NCBI GenBank assembly: GCA_905235395.1
Contig: CAJOLN010000001.1
Location: 567-64,566 of the forward strand
Direction: 5' to 3'
Length of the DNA: 64,000 bases
Origin: an uncultured Synergistales bacterium
Lineage (GTDB): Bacteria; Synergistota; Synergistia; Synergistales; Aminobacteriaceae
Shown here piece by piece: positions 8,311 to 17,611 of the stretch; the stretch's first letter is position 1, and every line of letters begins with the position of its first letter. Position numbers and translations under genes: made by a program. Under the pieces are notes generated by a model. It was not told where the DNA came from. It made no database searches and saw nothing but the letters and a program-made list of their open reading frames with translations.

Positions 8311-11300
8311 TTAAAATCCTAAGTTGAACAGGTTATCTATCAATTGCTTCTTGAATTGCTCCGTCGTTGATTCATCTTCCGCACTCTTCTCGCCAGGCCC
8401 TGTTGGAATTTTCAATCGTATGTTGAACTTCGCTTCCGATTTCTGTTTTTCCTCATCGTTATTCAAAACATTAATTGGCAGAAAATCTTCAATAGGCTTC
8501 GTAACTTTCAGGTTCTCGATGTTCAGATTATCCCATGAGTTAGCAAGAGTAAATGATACATTCTGAAGGTCTTTGCCCTGAAGTCCCATTGCACGGCTCG
8601 CTGCGTCCTTCAATACGTTTTTAGTCAGTCCGCCGGTCATGTACTGAAACACTCCCTTCATTGCTCCGAGAAACTGATCTAAAAGTTTAAGGTCAAATCT
8701 TCCGTCACATAACAGCTTCAATCCTTTTCCTGGTACACCGCATGAGCCGTTTATCATGAAGTATCTGTACATAGGTTCATCAATACCTGCCCGCGCTCCT
8801 GTTCCTGGATTCAGGAATACGTCACTGCCATTCCAGAAGAATGTACCGTTAATCTTCTCGAATGATATGCGTTTCGTAGGCGATATTTTCTCAATCATTG
8901 CCATTTTGTGAATATAACCTGGTGATGTTGAAAATTTTCCGTTCGCAAAGCTCATTGCCATTATTCCGCCGAAGTTCCCCTTCATGGTCACCTGCGCATC
9001 AACCTTCCCTACTAACTCTCCTTCAGGCATAAAAGGTGTCGCAAGTTTCCCGAAGTCCAGATGAGACATATCAACTTTACCTTCCCATTCTTTTTTGTTC
9101 AGGTCTAATTCAAAATCTGTATTCACTACTCCGTCATAGAGTTTTATACTTCCCTTTTTCATTCGCACTTTGTTGTTAGAGGTCACGTACATAACTGGCA
9201 TGAATATATTCTGAATTTTTATCTTGTCCATCACAGTTAAGTTTCTCGCTTTCACGTCTATATTGATATTTGAATTCGGCTTCGTACTTCCTTTTACGTT
9301 TATCGTTGCGTAGCCTTTCACCATTCCAGACATGTCCGGCATCTGTGTTTGAATTGCTGTGTCCAGATTTAGAGGCTTCGTGTCTACCTGATAAACCCAT
9401 ATTCCATTTTTGTTCTGAACATCTACATCTACTTTCGGCTCAAATTTTCCGATTCGTGCTCCTGCGTTTATCACATAATGATTCTCTGACGGCGATTTTA
9501 AATCTACGTTTATGTTTTCTATATCATAACCGCTCACTTCAATCGGTGCGTTCAGTTTTACGTTCAGCATTGGCTGTGAGATTGTCCCGCTGAGATTTAG
9601 ATTGCCGTCAATTGTTCCTCCTGCTGGTGCTTCTCCCATTGCAGCAATGAGTATCGGTTTAAGTTCGAGATCCTTCACTGACGCATTGATATTCACTCCG
9701 CTCTTCATGAAGTCTTTCTGATTCATTATCAGGCTGCCTCTGCCTTTTATGTTTGCTCCGTTGACCTTTGCAAAAAATGTTTTCACGTTCACACGCTTCA
9801 TGTTACCTGCTCCTTCAATCGCTGCTTCAGGCATATTCACGAGATTTCCGACTTTCACTCCTGAAGCATATACTCCTGCATTCACACTCGCCGTATTCAT
9901 TGGGCCTTTGATTAATGCGAAGCCTCGTACTCTTCCTGATACTGGCATGGATTTATCCTGAAGGTTGAATCCTTTGAGAAGTTCAGAGAGATTTATTCCC
10001 TGCGTTGACGCTGAAATATCGAGACCTGGATTTGATGTGTCAGCGACATTCACAGTGCCTTTGAGATTCAATGTGCCTCCTGGAAGTGATGCACTCGCGT
10101 CTGAAATTCTGAGTACGTTATCCGCGAAGCTCAATGGAACATTCAGATTGCCTATTCTCATTCCTGCATAGCCTGCGTTCTTTCCCGTTAAAGTTACATT
10201 TGCCTTTATGCTTTCGGGTCTCGTGTATTGTCCTGATGCATCAGCCTTGAGATTATATGTGCCTGATAAATCTTTGAGTTCGGGAATCGCTTTTGGGTCA
10301 AAATTATCCGCGTTCGCATTGAATGTGAATGATGAATCTTTGAGATTCGCTCTTGCTGATGCCTTCAGTGCCGCACGTCCCAAATTCGCCGAAAAACTTT
10401 CGAGACTGGCCATGTTCTTTTGGTAATCGTATTTCAGATTCGCAAGCAGTTTCGTCAATGTGATTCCGTTCACGCTTAACTTGTCTGACGTAACTTTTCC
10501 CGTAACGCTCAAATCATCTGCTATCTTCGTGTTCAATGTTATCTTTCCTGACGGCCTGCTCACACTTTTTGCCGCTTCAGGAAATGCATGAATCAGAGTG
10601 TTCAAATCCAGATTCACAATTGAAATTACCGCCTGAGGTTTGAATTCGCCGTTTTTGTCCTGCAATGCCTCTCCTCGTGCAAATAATTTCCCTCCGAATA
10701 TCTCTCCTCCCATTGAAATTTTAGGTGTCTGCTTTGGTTTTAGATTCAAATTTGCATTCAATCCTCTGATAATGTTAATCCCTGCCGCTGTTATCGAAGG
10801 AATATCTGCCTTTATGTTCGCGTTTGTACGTCCGAGAATGTCGCCGCTAAGTACTGTATCGACATCAAAGCGTATATTTCCTCCTTCACCTTTAAGGCCC
10901 GCCTCTGGTGCAAACATTCTGCCTATTTCATTCAGTGATATGTTCACAGCTTCACCCTTAGCCCGCAATTTCATGTTCTGAATGTCCATTGTGCTGCTCA
11001 GGTTCACGCTCGCAGCATCAGTGTTCAGTCTCGCATTATCAAGCTCAAAGATTCTTCCTCCGTCCCATTTGAACGGCAGCCTGAATGATAACGGAATATC
11101 CATTATGCTGGCTCTTGGCATTGATAGAATACCTGACACATTCATGATGTCGTCTTTCGTGTCTATGAATATCCTGCTGTCGATTCTTCCTGACGCATTT
11201 ATTTTTTCCGGTGAAAATTTCATAAGCTCCTCAAGTGATAATGCAATGAGATCTAATCTTACTTTCAATGGTTCAATTCTCGCTGACAATGTGCCTTTAC

Positions 11301-12165
11301 TCTTCTTGCCTATAGATAAATCTGACGAGACAATTTCTAAAGGGTCAAAATTTAAATATGCTTCTGTTCGTATGGGAAGAACTTTATCTTTTGAAATTAT
11401 CTTTGTGTAGAGTAACAGCTTTCCTGATTCATTAAGCGTAATTTTGTCTAGTGATACGTTTGCATACGGCGTTGTGAAAATTACATCATGAATTGCAACA
11501 TTGATAGGATTAATTTTCGTCAGCCTGAAAGGTTCTTCGTCTTCAGATTTTTCTTCTTCTTCGTCTTCTGTGTCTGATGAGAAATGATTCACAACCTCAA
11601 GAATGCTGTCTAAGTCAGAACGTACTCCTGTTATGTTCAACGATTTCACAAACGGTATTCCGTCATTGCCCTTCGTGATTGCCTCCCAGTCAGGCAGAAC
11701 TGAAGCATGTCTGAGAGAAATTAATTCTTCATTTTTAAAACTTGCATATACATCATTCATATAATAACCGTCAGGCTCAGTTCCATTTATGTCCTTCACA
11801 TGAAATTTTAAATCCTCAATCTCTCCGTTTATTCCACGAACGTTCACTGACTTCACAAATGGTAATCCGTTCATGCCGTCAAGGACACGACTCCAATCCG
11901 GGCTTACTGAAGCATAATCGAGAGTGAAAATATCTTTATCGCCGGAAATGATTCGCAACCCATTGAGTGAATATCCGTTGCGCATTGAGCCTTTGATGTC
12001 CTGAATCTCAAGCTGAAGAGGTGAAAGAAAAAAGTTGCCTGCCCTGCGTGCCAAAGGAAGAACTAACCATGAACCTGTATCAAACCAGAATAACGCAGCA
12101 CTCAAAGCCGCGAGTATAATCAAAAGATATATGAGATATTTTATAAGTGAGCCAAAGAATCGCAC
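8311..12165 (-). CDS. Giant N-terminally anchored envelope protein, TamB/AsmA-like (translocation and assembly module family suspected)
   Basis: 1284 aa with a single N-terminal TM helix and a long beta-rich repetitive body. The C-terminus ends in an aromatic residue (NLFNLGF), as in DUF490/TamB-type proteins. The assignment rests on architecture only. Confidence 0.5.
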   Translation of the reverse strand: MRFFGSLIKYLIYLLIILAALSAALFWFDTGSWLVLPLARRAGNFFLSPLQLEIQDIKGSMRNGYSLNGLRIISGDKDIFTLDYASVSPDWSRVLDGMNGLPFVKSVNVRGINGEIEDLKFHVKDINGTEPDGYYMNDVYASFKNEELISLRHASVLPDWEAITKGNDGIPFVKSLNITGVRSDLDSILEVVNHFSSDTEDEEEEKSEDEEPFRLTKINPINVAIHDVIFTTPYANVSLDKITLNESGKLLLYTKIISKDKVLPIRTEAYLNFDPLEIVSSDLSIGKKSKGTLSARIEPLKVRLDLIALSLEELMKFSPEKINASGRIDSRIFIDTKDDIMNVSGILSMPRASIMDIPLSFRLPFKWDGGRIFELDNARLNTDAASVNLSSTMDIQNMKLRAKGEAVNISLNEIGRMFAPEAGLKGEGGNIRFDVDTVLSGDILGRTNANIKADIPSITAAGINIIRGLNANLNLKPKQTPKISMGGEIFGGKLFARGEALQDKNGEFKPQAVISIVNLDLNTLIHAFPEAAKSVSRPSGKITLNTKIADDLSVTGKVTSDKLSVNGITLTKLLANLKYDYQKNMASLESFSANLGRAALKASARANLKDSSFTFNANADNFDPKAIPELKDLSGTYNLKADASGQYTRPESIKANVTLTGKNAGYAGMRIGNLNVPLSFADNVLRISDASASLPGGTLNLKGTVNVADTSNPGLDISASTQGINLSELLKGFNLQDKSMPVSGRVRGFALIKGPMNTASVNAGVYASGVKVGNLVNMPEAAIEGAGNMKRVNVKTFFAKVNGANIKGRGSLIMNQKDFMKSGVNINASVKDLELKPILIAAMGEAPAGGTIDGNLNLSGTISQPMLNVKLNAPIEVSGYDIENINVDLKSPSENHYVINAGARIGKFEPKVDVDVQNKNGIWVYQVDTKPLNLDTAIQTQMPDMSGMVKGYATINVKGSTKPNSNINIDVKARNLTVMDKIKIQNIFMPVMYVTSNNKVRMKKGSIKLYDGVVNTDFELDLNKKEWEGKVDMSHLDFGKLATPFMPEGELVGKVDAQVTMKGNFGGIMAMSFANGKFSTSPGYIHKMAMIEKISPTKRISFEKINGTFFWNGSDVFLNPGTGARAGIDEPMYRYFMINGSCGVPGKGLKLLCDGRFDLKLLDQFLGAMKGVFQYMTGGLTKNVLKDAASRAMGLQGKDLQNVSFTLANSWDNLNIENLKVTKPIEDFLPINVLNNDEEKQKSEAKFNIRLKIPTGPGEKSAEDESTTEQFKKQLIDNLFNLGF

Positions 12166-12251
12166 GATTGAATTTCACTTCCTGAAAAAATTTCATTAAT
12201 TATATTCTAAAATGTGGTATAAATTTACGTTGTCAAAAAAAATTTTTATGT

Positions 12252-14528
12252 ATGGGGGTAATTACGATTCCAGCATCGAGAAAAGCAGAATCATCAACTG
12301 CTGTAAAGGATACGAAGACAACTAAGAAAGCTGCCAGAACAAAATCAAAGACCTCAGCAACCACGAAGAAGAAAACATCATCAAAGACGACTTCAAAAGC
12401 CAAAAAGATAATTGCAGGTACAGCCGACAAAGGGAAAATATTAGTCATCGTTGAATCGCCGTCAAAAGCAGCAACATTATCGAGTATGCTTGGGCGAGGT
12501 TATGTTGTATGTTCAAGCAAAGGGCACATGAAAGATTTACCAAAGAGCAGACTGGCAATAGACATAGAACATAACTTTGAACCTGAATACATACTTGTCA
12601 AAGGCAAAGCAGCTCTCAAGAATGAATTACTCAAGCTCGCACATAATGCCTCACACGTTCTCTTAGCGTCTGACCCTGACCGTGAAGGTGAAGCTATTGC
12701 GTGGCACTTGGCCGACATACTCGGAGTGAATCTGAATGAGAAATGCAGAGTTCGATTCTACGAGATAACAGCCAATGCAGTAAAAGCCGCCGTGAAGAAT
12801 CCAGATTACATAGACATCAACAAAGTAGACGCACAGCAGGCACGAAGAATATTAGACCGTCTTGTGGGGTACTCGTTAAGCCCATTATTGTGGAAGAAAA
12901 TTCGTTATGGGTTATCGGCAGGACGTGTTCAGTCTGTAGCATTGAATCTGATCTGCGAACGCGAACGTGAAATCATAAAGTTCATTCCAGATCCGTATTA
13001 TGTGATTACGGTTAAGGCAGACGATTCAGACAGACATTATGAACTTAGGGCATATAAATTTGAAGGCAAAACATTAATGAAGAATAACCTGCCTCTGCTC
13101 ATAAACACAAAAGAAAAAGCTGATGAGATTATTGCGGAGATAAGAGCAAATGAACTTGTAGTACGTGAATTCAAATCTAAGAACGTATCACACTCAGCAC
13201 CTGCACCATTCAGGACGAGTACGCTTCAGCAGGAAGCCTCAAAGCGTCTGAGCATGGCACCGTCACATACTATGAGAGTTGCACAGGCACTGTATGAAGG
13301 GCTGAACATTCCGGGACGAGGCCATGTAGGATTGATCACGTACATGAGAACGGACAGCCTGAGAATTTCAGCAGAAGCATTGAACATGTGCAGAGAGTTC
13401 ATAAAGTCATCATATGCTCCTGAATATCTTCCGGCTAAACCGAACATCTTCGGGTCTAACAGCAAAACAAAAGTTCAGGATGCACACGAGGCGATTCGAC
13501 CAACAGACATAACATTAACGCCTGAGATTTTGAAAGATGCATTGACACCTGAACAGTACAAACTGTATTCGATGATATGGAATCGATTCATGGCAGGACA
13601 GATGAGCGATGCTGTAACGGCCAAGTCAACGCTGAAAGTGAAAGCAGGACGTGCTGACCTGAAGCAGGAAGGTGAGACATTAGTTTTCGATGGCTGGAGC
13701 AAGTTATGGCCACTTGAATTGAAAGGCGGAGAACTTTCAAAGATTAAAGAAGGAGAAGTGTTATCGCTTTCTGATATTCAGAATGAAAAGAAAGCAACGA
13801 AACCGCCAGCAAGATATTCAGAGGCAGGATTGATTCGCACGCTTGAAGAAAATGGTGTAGGAAGACCATCAACATACGCAACGATAGCAGGAACGTTATC
13901 CTCGCGGGACTATATCGAGAAGAATGAAGAGAAAAGATTTTATCCCACTGCACTGGGAATGATTGTAGATGAATTTCTTGCGCAGTATTTCAACCGTAAA
14001 GATTTGTCCTCGATTGTTGATGCGGGATTCACTGCACAAATGGAGAAGGAGCTTGATGAAGTTGAAGAGGCACAAAGGAAATGGCTTGATGTAGTCAGTG
14101 AATTCTGGGTTGAGTTCTCGAATACACTTGAGGAAGCACAGGAAGCCCCTAAAGTTGAATTGCCCGGCCCTGAACCAATTGGTGAAGCGTGTCCTGAATG
14201 CGGAAATGATCTTGTGAAGAAACGCGGCAGATTTGGTGAATTCATTGCGTGTTCAAATTACCCTGAATGCAAATACACTCGTCCGATATTAAGCACAATA
14301 GGCGTGAAGTGTCCGAAGTGCGGAGAAGGAGAGATAGTGAAGCGTAAGAGCAAAAAGGGAAAAACTTTTTATGGTTGTTCGAGATATCCTGAATGCGATT
14401 ATGTTGCGTGGAATCGTCCTGCCGGTGAGAGGTGTCCTGAATGCGGAGAAGAATTATTCATGAGAGGAGCGAATTTGTTCTGTGCTAAGTGCGGCTACAA
14501 GTCGCAGGGTGATGCAGTGAATGAGTAG
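12252..14528 (+). CDS. topA: DNA topoisomerase I with a Lys/Thr/Ser-rich N-terminal extension
   Basis: Toprim start ILVIVESPSKA, active-site Tyr region GLITYMRTDS, and four C-terminal CxxC...CxxC zinc-ribbon repeats. About 60 basic residues precede the Toprim domain. Confidence 0.9.
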   Translation: MGVITIPASRKAESSTAVKDTKTTKKAARTKSKTSATTKKKTSSKTTSKAKKIIAGTADKGKILVIVESPSKAATLSSMLGRGYVVCSSKGHMKDLPKSRLAIDIEHNFEPEYILVKGKAALKNELLKLAHNASHVLLASDPDREGEAIAWHLADILGVNLNEKCRVRFYEITANAVKAAVKNPDYIDINKVDAQQARRILDRLVGYSLSPLLWKKIRYGLSAGRVQSVALNLICEREREIIKFIPDPYYVITVKADDSDRHYELRAYKFEGKTLMKNNLPLLINTKEKADEIIAEIRANELVVREFKSKNVSHSAPAPFRTSTLQQEASKRLSMAPSHTMRVAQALYEGLNIPGRGHVGLITYMRTDSLRISAEALNMCREFIKSSYAPEYLPAKPNIFGSNSKTKVQDAHEAIRPTDITLTPEILKDALTPEQYKLYSMIWNRFMAGQMSDAVTAKSTLKVKAGRADLKQEGETLVFDGWSKLWPLELKGGELSKIKEGEVLSLSDIQNEKKATKPPARYSEAGLIRTLEENGVGRPSTYATIAGTLSSRDYIEKNEEKRFYPTALGMIVDEFLAQYFNRKDLSSIVDAGFTAQMEKELDEVEEAQRKWLDVVSEFWVEFSNTLEEAQEAPKVELPGPEPIGEACPECGNDLVKKRGRFGEFIACSNYPECKYTRPILSTIGVKCPKCGEGEIVKRKSKKGKTFYGCSRYPECDYVAWNRPAGERCPECGEELFMRGANLFCAKCGYKSQGDAVNE

Positions 14529-15822
14529 CATAAAGATAATTGGAGGAGGACTCGCAGGGTGTGAAGCGTCATGGCAGATTGCGAATCGAGGTTATGATGT
14601 TGAACTTTACGAAATGCGTCCGAAACTCTTAACCCCAGCACATAAAACAGGAATGCTCGCAGAAATTGTATGCAGTAATTCATTAGGCTCAGAGAACAAA
14701 GACGACAGAGTAACAGCGTCAGGGATACTCAAAGAGGAACTTGAACTTGCAGATTCACTAATACTTTCATGTGCAAAAGAATCAAGAGTGCCAGCAGGAG
14801 GAGCATTAGCAGTTGACCGTGAAAAGTTTGCAGGTCTTGTTACGCAGAAGATTTCATCACACAGAAACATTCACATAATACGCGAAGAGTATACGAATAT
14901 TCCAGATGAAACAGCGATAATATCATCAGGGCCTTTAACATCAGATTCACTTGCTGAGGCCATGAAAGAAATTGCCGGTGAGAGAATCTATTTCTATGAT
15001 GCAGTAGCACCCGTGATAATGCGTGAGAGTATAGACATGTCGAAAGTTTTTGTGTCAGGGCGTTATGGTCGAGGCGATGATTACATTAACTGCCCAATGA
15101 ACAAAGACGAATATCTGAAATTTTATGATGAACTTTTACATGCAGAACGTAATTTGCCCCACGACTTTGAACGCAATAAATACTTTGAAGGCTGCATGCC
15201 TGTAGAAGCACTTGCAGAACGAGGAACAGATACATTGAGGTTCGGCCCGATGAAGCCCAGAGGACTCATTGACCCTCGAACGAACAGAGAACCATACGCG
15301 GCAGTTCAGCTCAGACAGGACAATTCAGACGGAACGCTGTACAACATCGTAGGCTTTCAGACGGGACTCAAATGGCCTGAACAAAAACGTATATTCTCAA
15401 TGATACCGGGACTTGAAGGCGCAGAGTTTGCGAGACTGGGAGTAATGCACCGAAACACAAGCGTGAATGCTCCTGCTGTACTTGATGAATGGCTAAGACT
15501 TCGAGAACGCAATAATATTTTCCTGGCCGGACAGATTACGGGAGTTGAGGGTTATATGGAGAGTACAGCAATGGGATTAGCATCAGGAATAAACGCATCA
15601 AGAATACTTTCATGTAAAAATTTAACTTCATGGCCGCGAGAAACAGCAATAGGTTCACTGATTCATTATCTTATGACGACAAGCCCTTCACATTTTCAGC
15701 CGATGAATATAAATCTCGGACTGTTCCCTGAACTTACGAACATACGAGGCAAAAAGGAACGTGCAAAATTTCACAGAGACCGTGCAATCGAATCAATGAA
15801 GGAATTTCTGAATTCATTATGA
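14521..15822 (+). CDS. trmFO: Methylenetetrahydrofolate--tRNA-(uracil54-C5)-methyltransferase TrmFO
   Basis: 433 aa with the FAD motif IIGGGLAGCEASWQ and Gid/TrmFO-like colinearity. The topA-trmFO order matches Bacillus. Confidence 0.9.
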   Translation: MSSIKIIGGGLAGCEASWQIANRGYDVELYEMRPKLLTPAHKTGMLAEIVCSNSLGSENKDDRVTASGILKEELELADSLILSCAKESRVPAGGALAVDREKFAGLVTQKISSHRNIHIIREEYTNIPDETAIISSGPLTSDSLAEAMKEIAGERIYFYDAVAPVIMRESIDMSKVFVSGRYGRGDDYINCPMNKDEYLKFYDELLHAERNLPHDFERNKYFEGCMPVEALAERGTDTLRFGPMKPRGLIDPRTNREPYAAVQLRQDNSDGTLYNIVGFQTGLKWPEQKRIFSMIPGLEGAEFARLGVMHRNTSVNAPAVLDEWLRLRERNNIFLAGQITGVEGYMESTAMGLASGINASRILSCKNLTSWPRETAIGSLIHYLMTTSPSHFQPMNINLGLFPELTNIRGKKERAKFHRDRAIESMKEFLNSL

Positions 15823-16541
15823 TATATGTAGTAGGGATTGGGCCGGGAGGAATTGATGAGATTACACCGAAGGCACTTAAAGCACTTAACGACTGCGAGA
15901 TAATTTCGGGATATTCAAGATACATTGAACTGATTCGTTCACATTTTCCAGGAAAAATTTTCATGTCATATTCAATGCGTGAGGAACTCAAACGTTGTCA
16001 TGATGCATTAGCTCTCTCACGTGAAAATAAAAACGTTGCACTAATCTCAAGCGGTGATTCAGGAGTTTACGGAATGGCAGGCTTAATGCTCGAAGTTGCT
16101 TCAGGTTCAGACGAAGAGATTCAAATCATATCAGGGATAACTGCGGCGAATTCATGCGCGTCTATTCTCGGTGCACCATTGATGAATGACTATGCAAATA
16201 TCAGCCTTAGTGATTTACTCACGGACTGGTCAATCATAGAACGAAGATTAATCTGTGCATGTGAAGGTGATTTTGTGATATGCATATACAATCCAGCGAG
16301 CAAACATAGACCTGATAATTTCACAAGGGCATGTGAGATTCTGATTCATCACGGCAAATCAGAGAGCACGATTGCAGGTTATGTTCGCAATGTGGGACGT
16401 GAAGGTGAAATCAGAAAAGTAACAACGCTCGGAGAAATCAAAAATGAAGATATAGATATGCTGTGCACGGTCATAATAGGAAACTCAAAAACTTATGTTT
16501 CAAACGGAAAGATGATTACGCCGCGAGGATATAAGCTATGA
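15819..16541 (+). CDS. cbiH: Precorrin-3B / cobalt-factor III C17-methyltransferase (CbiH/CobJ family)
   Basis: 240-aa tetrapyrrole-methylase fold with VVGIGPGG, SGYSRYIELI and SSGDSGVYGMAG motifs. The ATG overlaps the trmFO stop (ATGA). Confidence 0.75.
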   Translation: MIYVVGIGPGGIDEITPKALKALNDCEIISGYSRYIELIRSHFPGKIFMSYSMREELKRCHDALALSRENKNVALISSGDSGVYGMAGLMLEVASGSDEEIQIISGITAANSCASILGAPLMNDYANISLSDLLTDWSIIERRLICACEGDFVICIYNPASKHRPDNFTRACEILIHHGKSESTIAGYVRNVGREGEIRKVTTLGEIKNEDIDMLCTVIIGNSKTYVSNGKMITPRGYKL

Positions 16542-16931
16542 GAGTATGTTCATGCCTTCTGTGATGTCTCTTATGTGTTCAAGCTCAAAATTATTTCTGT
16601 CGTTTTTATTCCGAAGGGTTATGCCAATGACATCAATGCGCCAGAAGCCGAACCAGTCAGAAGAATTCACGAACTCACGAGCGGAATTGATGAGTGTACG
16701 TAATTTTTTCGGGCCGATTGAATCGAACGGTGATTGAATCATTCCGAGTGTTCTGCATCGAACTTCAACGATAACGAGTTCTTCAGGTCTGCTTATTCTG
16801 TCCAGTGCAGCGACATCTAATTCTCCGTATTCATTGCGTAAGTTTCTTCCGATTATGAGCCAGTTCAATGACCGCAAATAATCTGCGGCGATGTCTTCAG
16901 CAAAACGTCCGAGTTCCTGTGCAAGCGTCAT
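16536..16931 (-). CDS. yraN: YraN family (UPF0102) endonuclease-like protein
   Basis: 131 aa with the GRFAEDIAADYL...GELDVAALD...LVIVEVRCR pattern typical of YraN. Confidence 0.8.
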   Translation of the reverse strand: MTLAQELGRFAEDIAADYLRSLNWLIIGRNLRNEYGELDVAALDRISRPEELVIVEVRCRTLGMIQSPFDSIGPKKLRTLINSAREFVNSSDWFGFWRIDVIGITLRNKNDRNNFELEHIRDITEGMNILS

Positions 16932-16934
16932 ATG

Positions 16935-17216
16935 TTATCTTGCTTCCTTGTCGAGTTTGTATACCCATGCAAGAACTCTCGCGACAACTTCATAGAGTTC
17001 AGAGGGAATTTCTTCGCCGAGTTCGAGAGATATCAAGGCGGAAACGAGAGCGGCATCTTCAACAATGGGAACATCAGCTTCAATTGCACGTTCAACAATT
17101 TTTCGTGCAATGAAACCTTCTCCTTTAGCTGTTACTTTTGGAGCAGCCATTTGTTTATTGTCGTATTTAACTGCGACTGCTTTATCTGGTTTTGTGCCTT
17201 TATTATTGTCTGCCAT
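16935..17216 (-). CDS. FlhB C-terminal-domain-like protein (YlqH / EscU-YscU family, no membrane domain)
   Basis: From the internal ATG the translation is MADNNKGTKPDKAVAVKYDNKQMAAPKVTAKGEGFIARKIVERAIEADVPIVEDAALVSAL...LAWVYKL. This has the NPTH-less but otherwise typical YlqH layout. The start was chosen at 17216. Confidence 0.75.
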   Translation of the reverse strand: MADNNKGTKPDKAVAVKYDNKQMAAPKVTAKGEGFIARKIVERAIEADVPIVEDAALVSALISLELGEEIPSELYEVVARVLAWVYKLDKEAR

Positions 17217-17611
17217 GATGATATTATACTTCACAAGTTCATATCTCAAAGTATATATGCTAAAATACTTTAAAATAAATTTTTCAAGAAAGGACTTGAC
17301 AAAAAAGAAAATGACTTCCATAATTTACCAGACCAGACCAGCCTAATTATGACCTTTTATATGATAAGGAATATTACAGCAAGTCAATTCATATAAACCA
17401 TTTCGTAAATACAGAATTAAATTTCAGAGTTGTTAATGACTGTTATATACTGCCTTTTAATTCCCCATTTCATAAAGGCGGGTTATTCGACAGCAGGGGG
17501 ATTTATGTTGAGAGGAGCAGTTTCATAGAAGGAGGCGGATTTACTAATGACCGTGAAAAAATTTCAGGAAAGAGCTTAGATAAATTCGTAACAGCACAGG
17601 AATTTTCAGAA

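Noticed and set aside
9270-11410. Series of 68-142-aa plus-strand ORFs inside 8311-12165
   Set aside because: All are antisense shadows of the 1284-aa TamB-like gene. No RBS or motif support was found.
12233-12448. 71-aa minus-strand ORF opposite the topA 5' end
   Set aside because: This F/V-rich sequence is the mirror image of the Lys/Thr-rich AAR/ACN codons of the topA extension. It is treated as an artefact.
16932-17346. Plus-strand ORFs 16932-17273 and 17065-17346
   Set aside because: They are antisense to the FlhB-C-like gene and its upstream region, and show no motifs.
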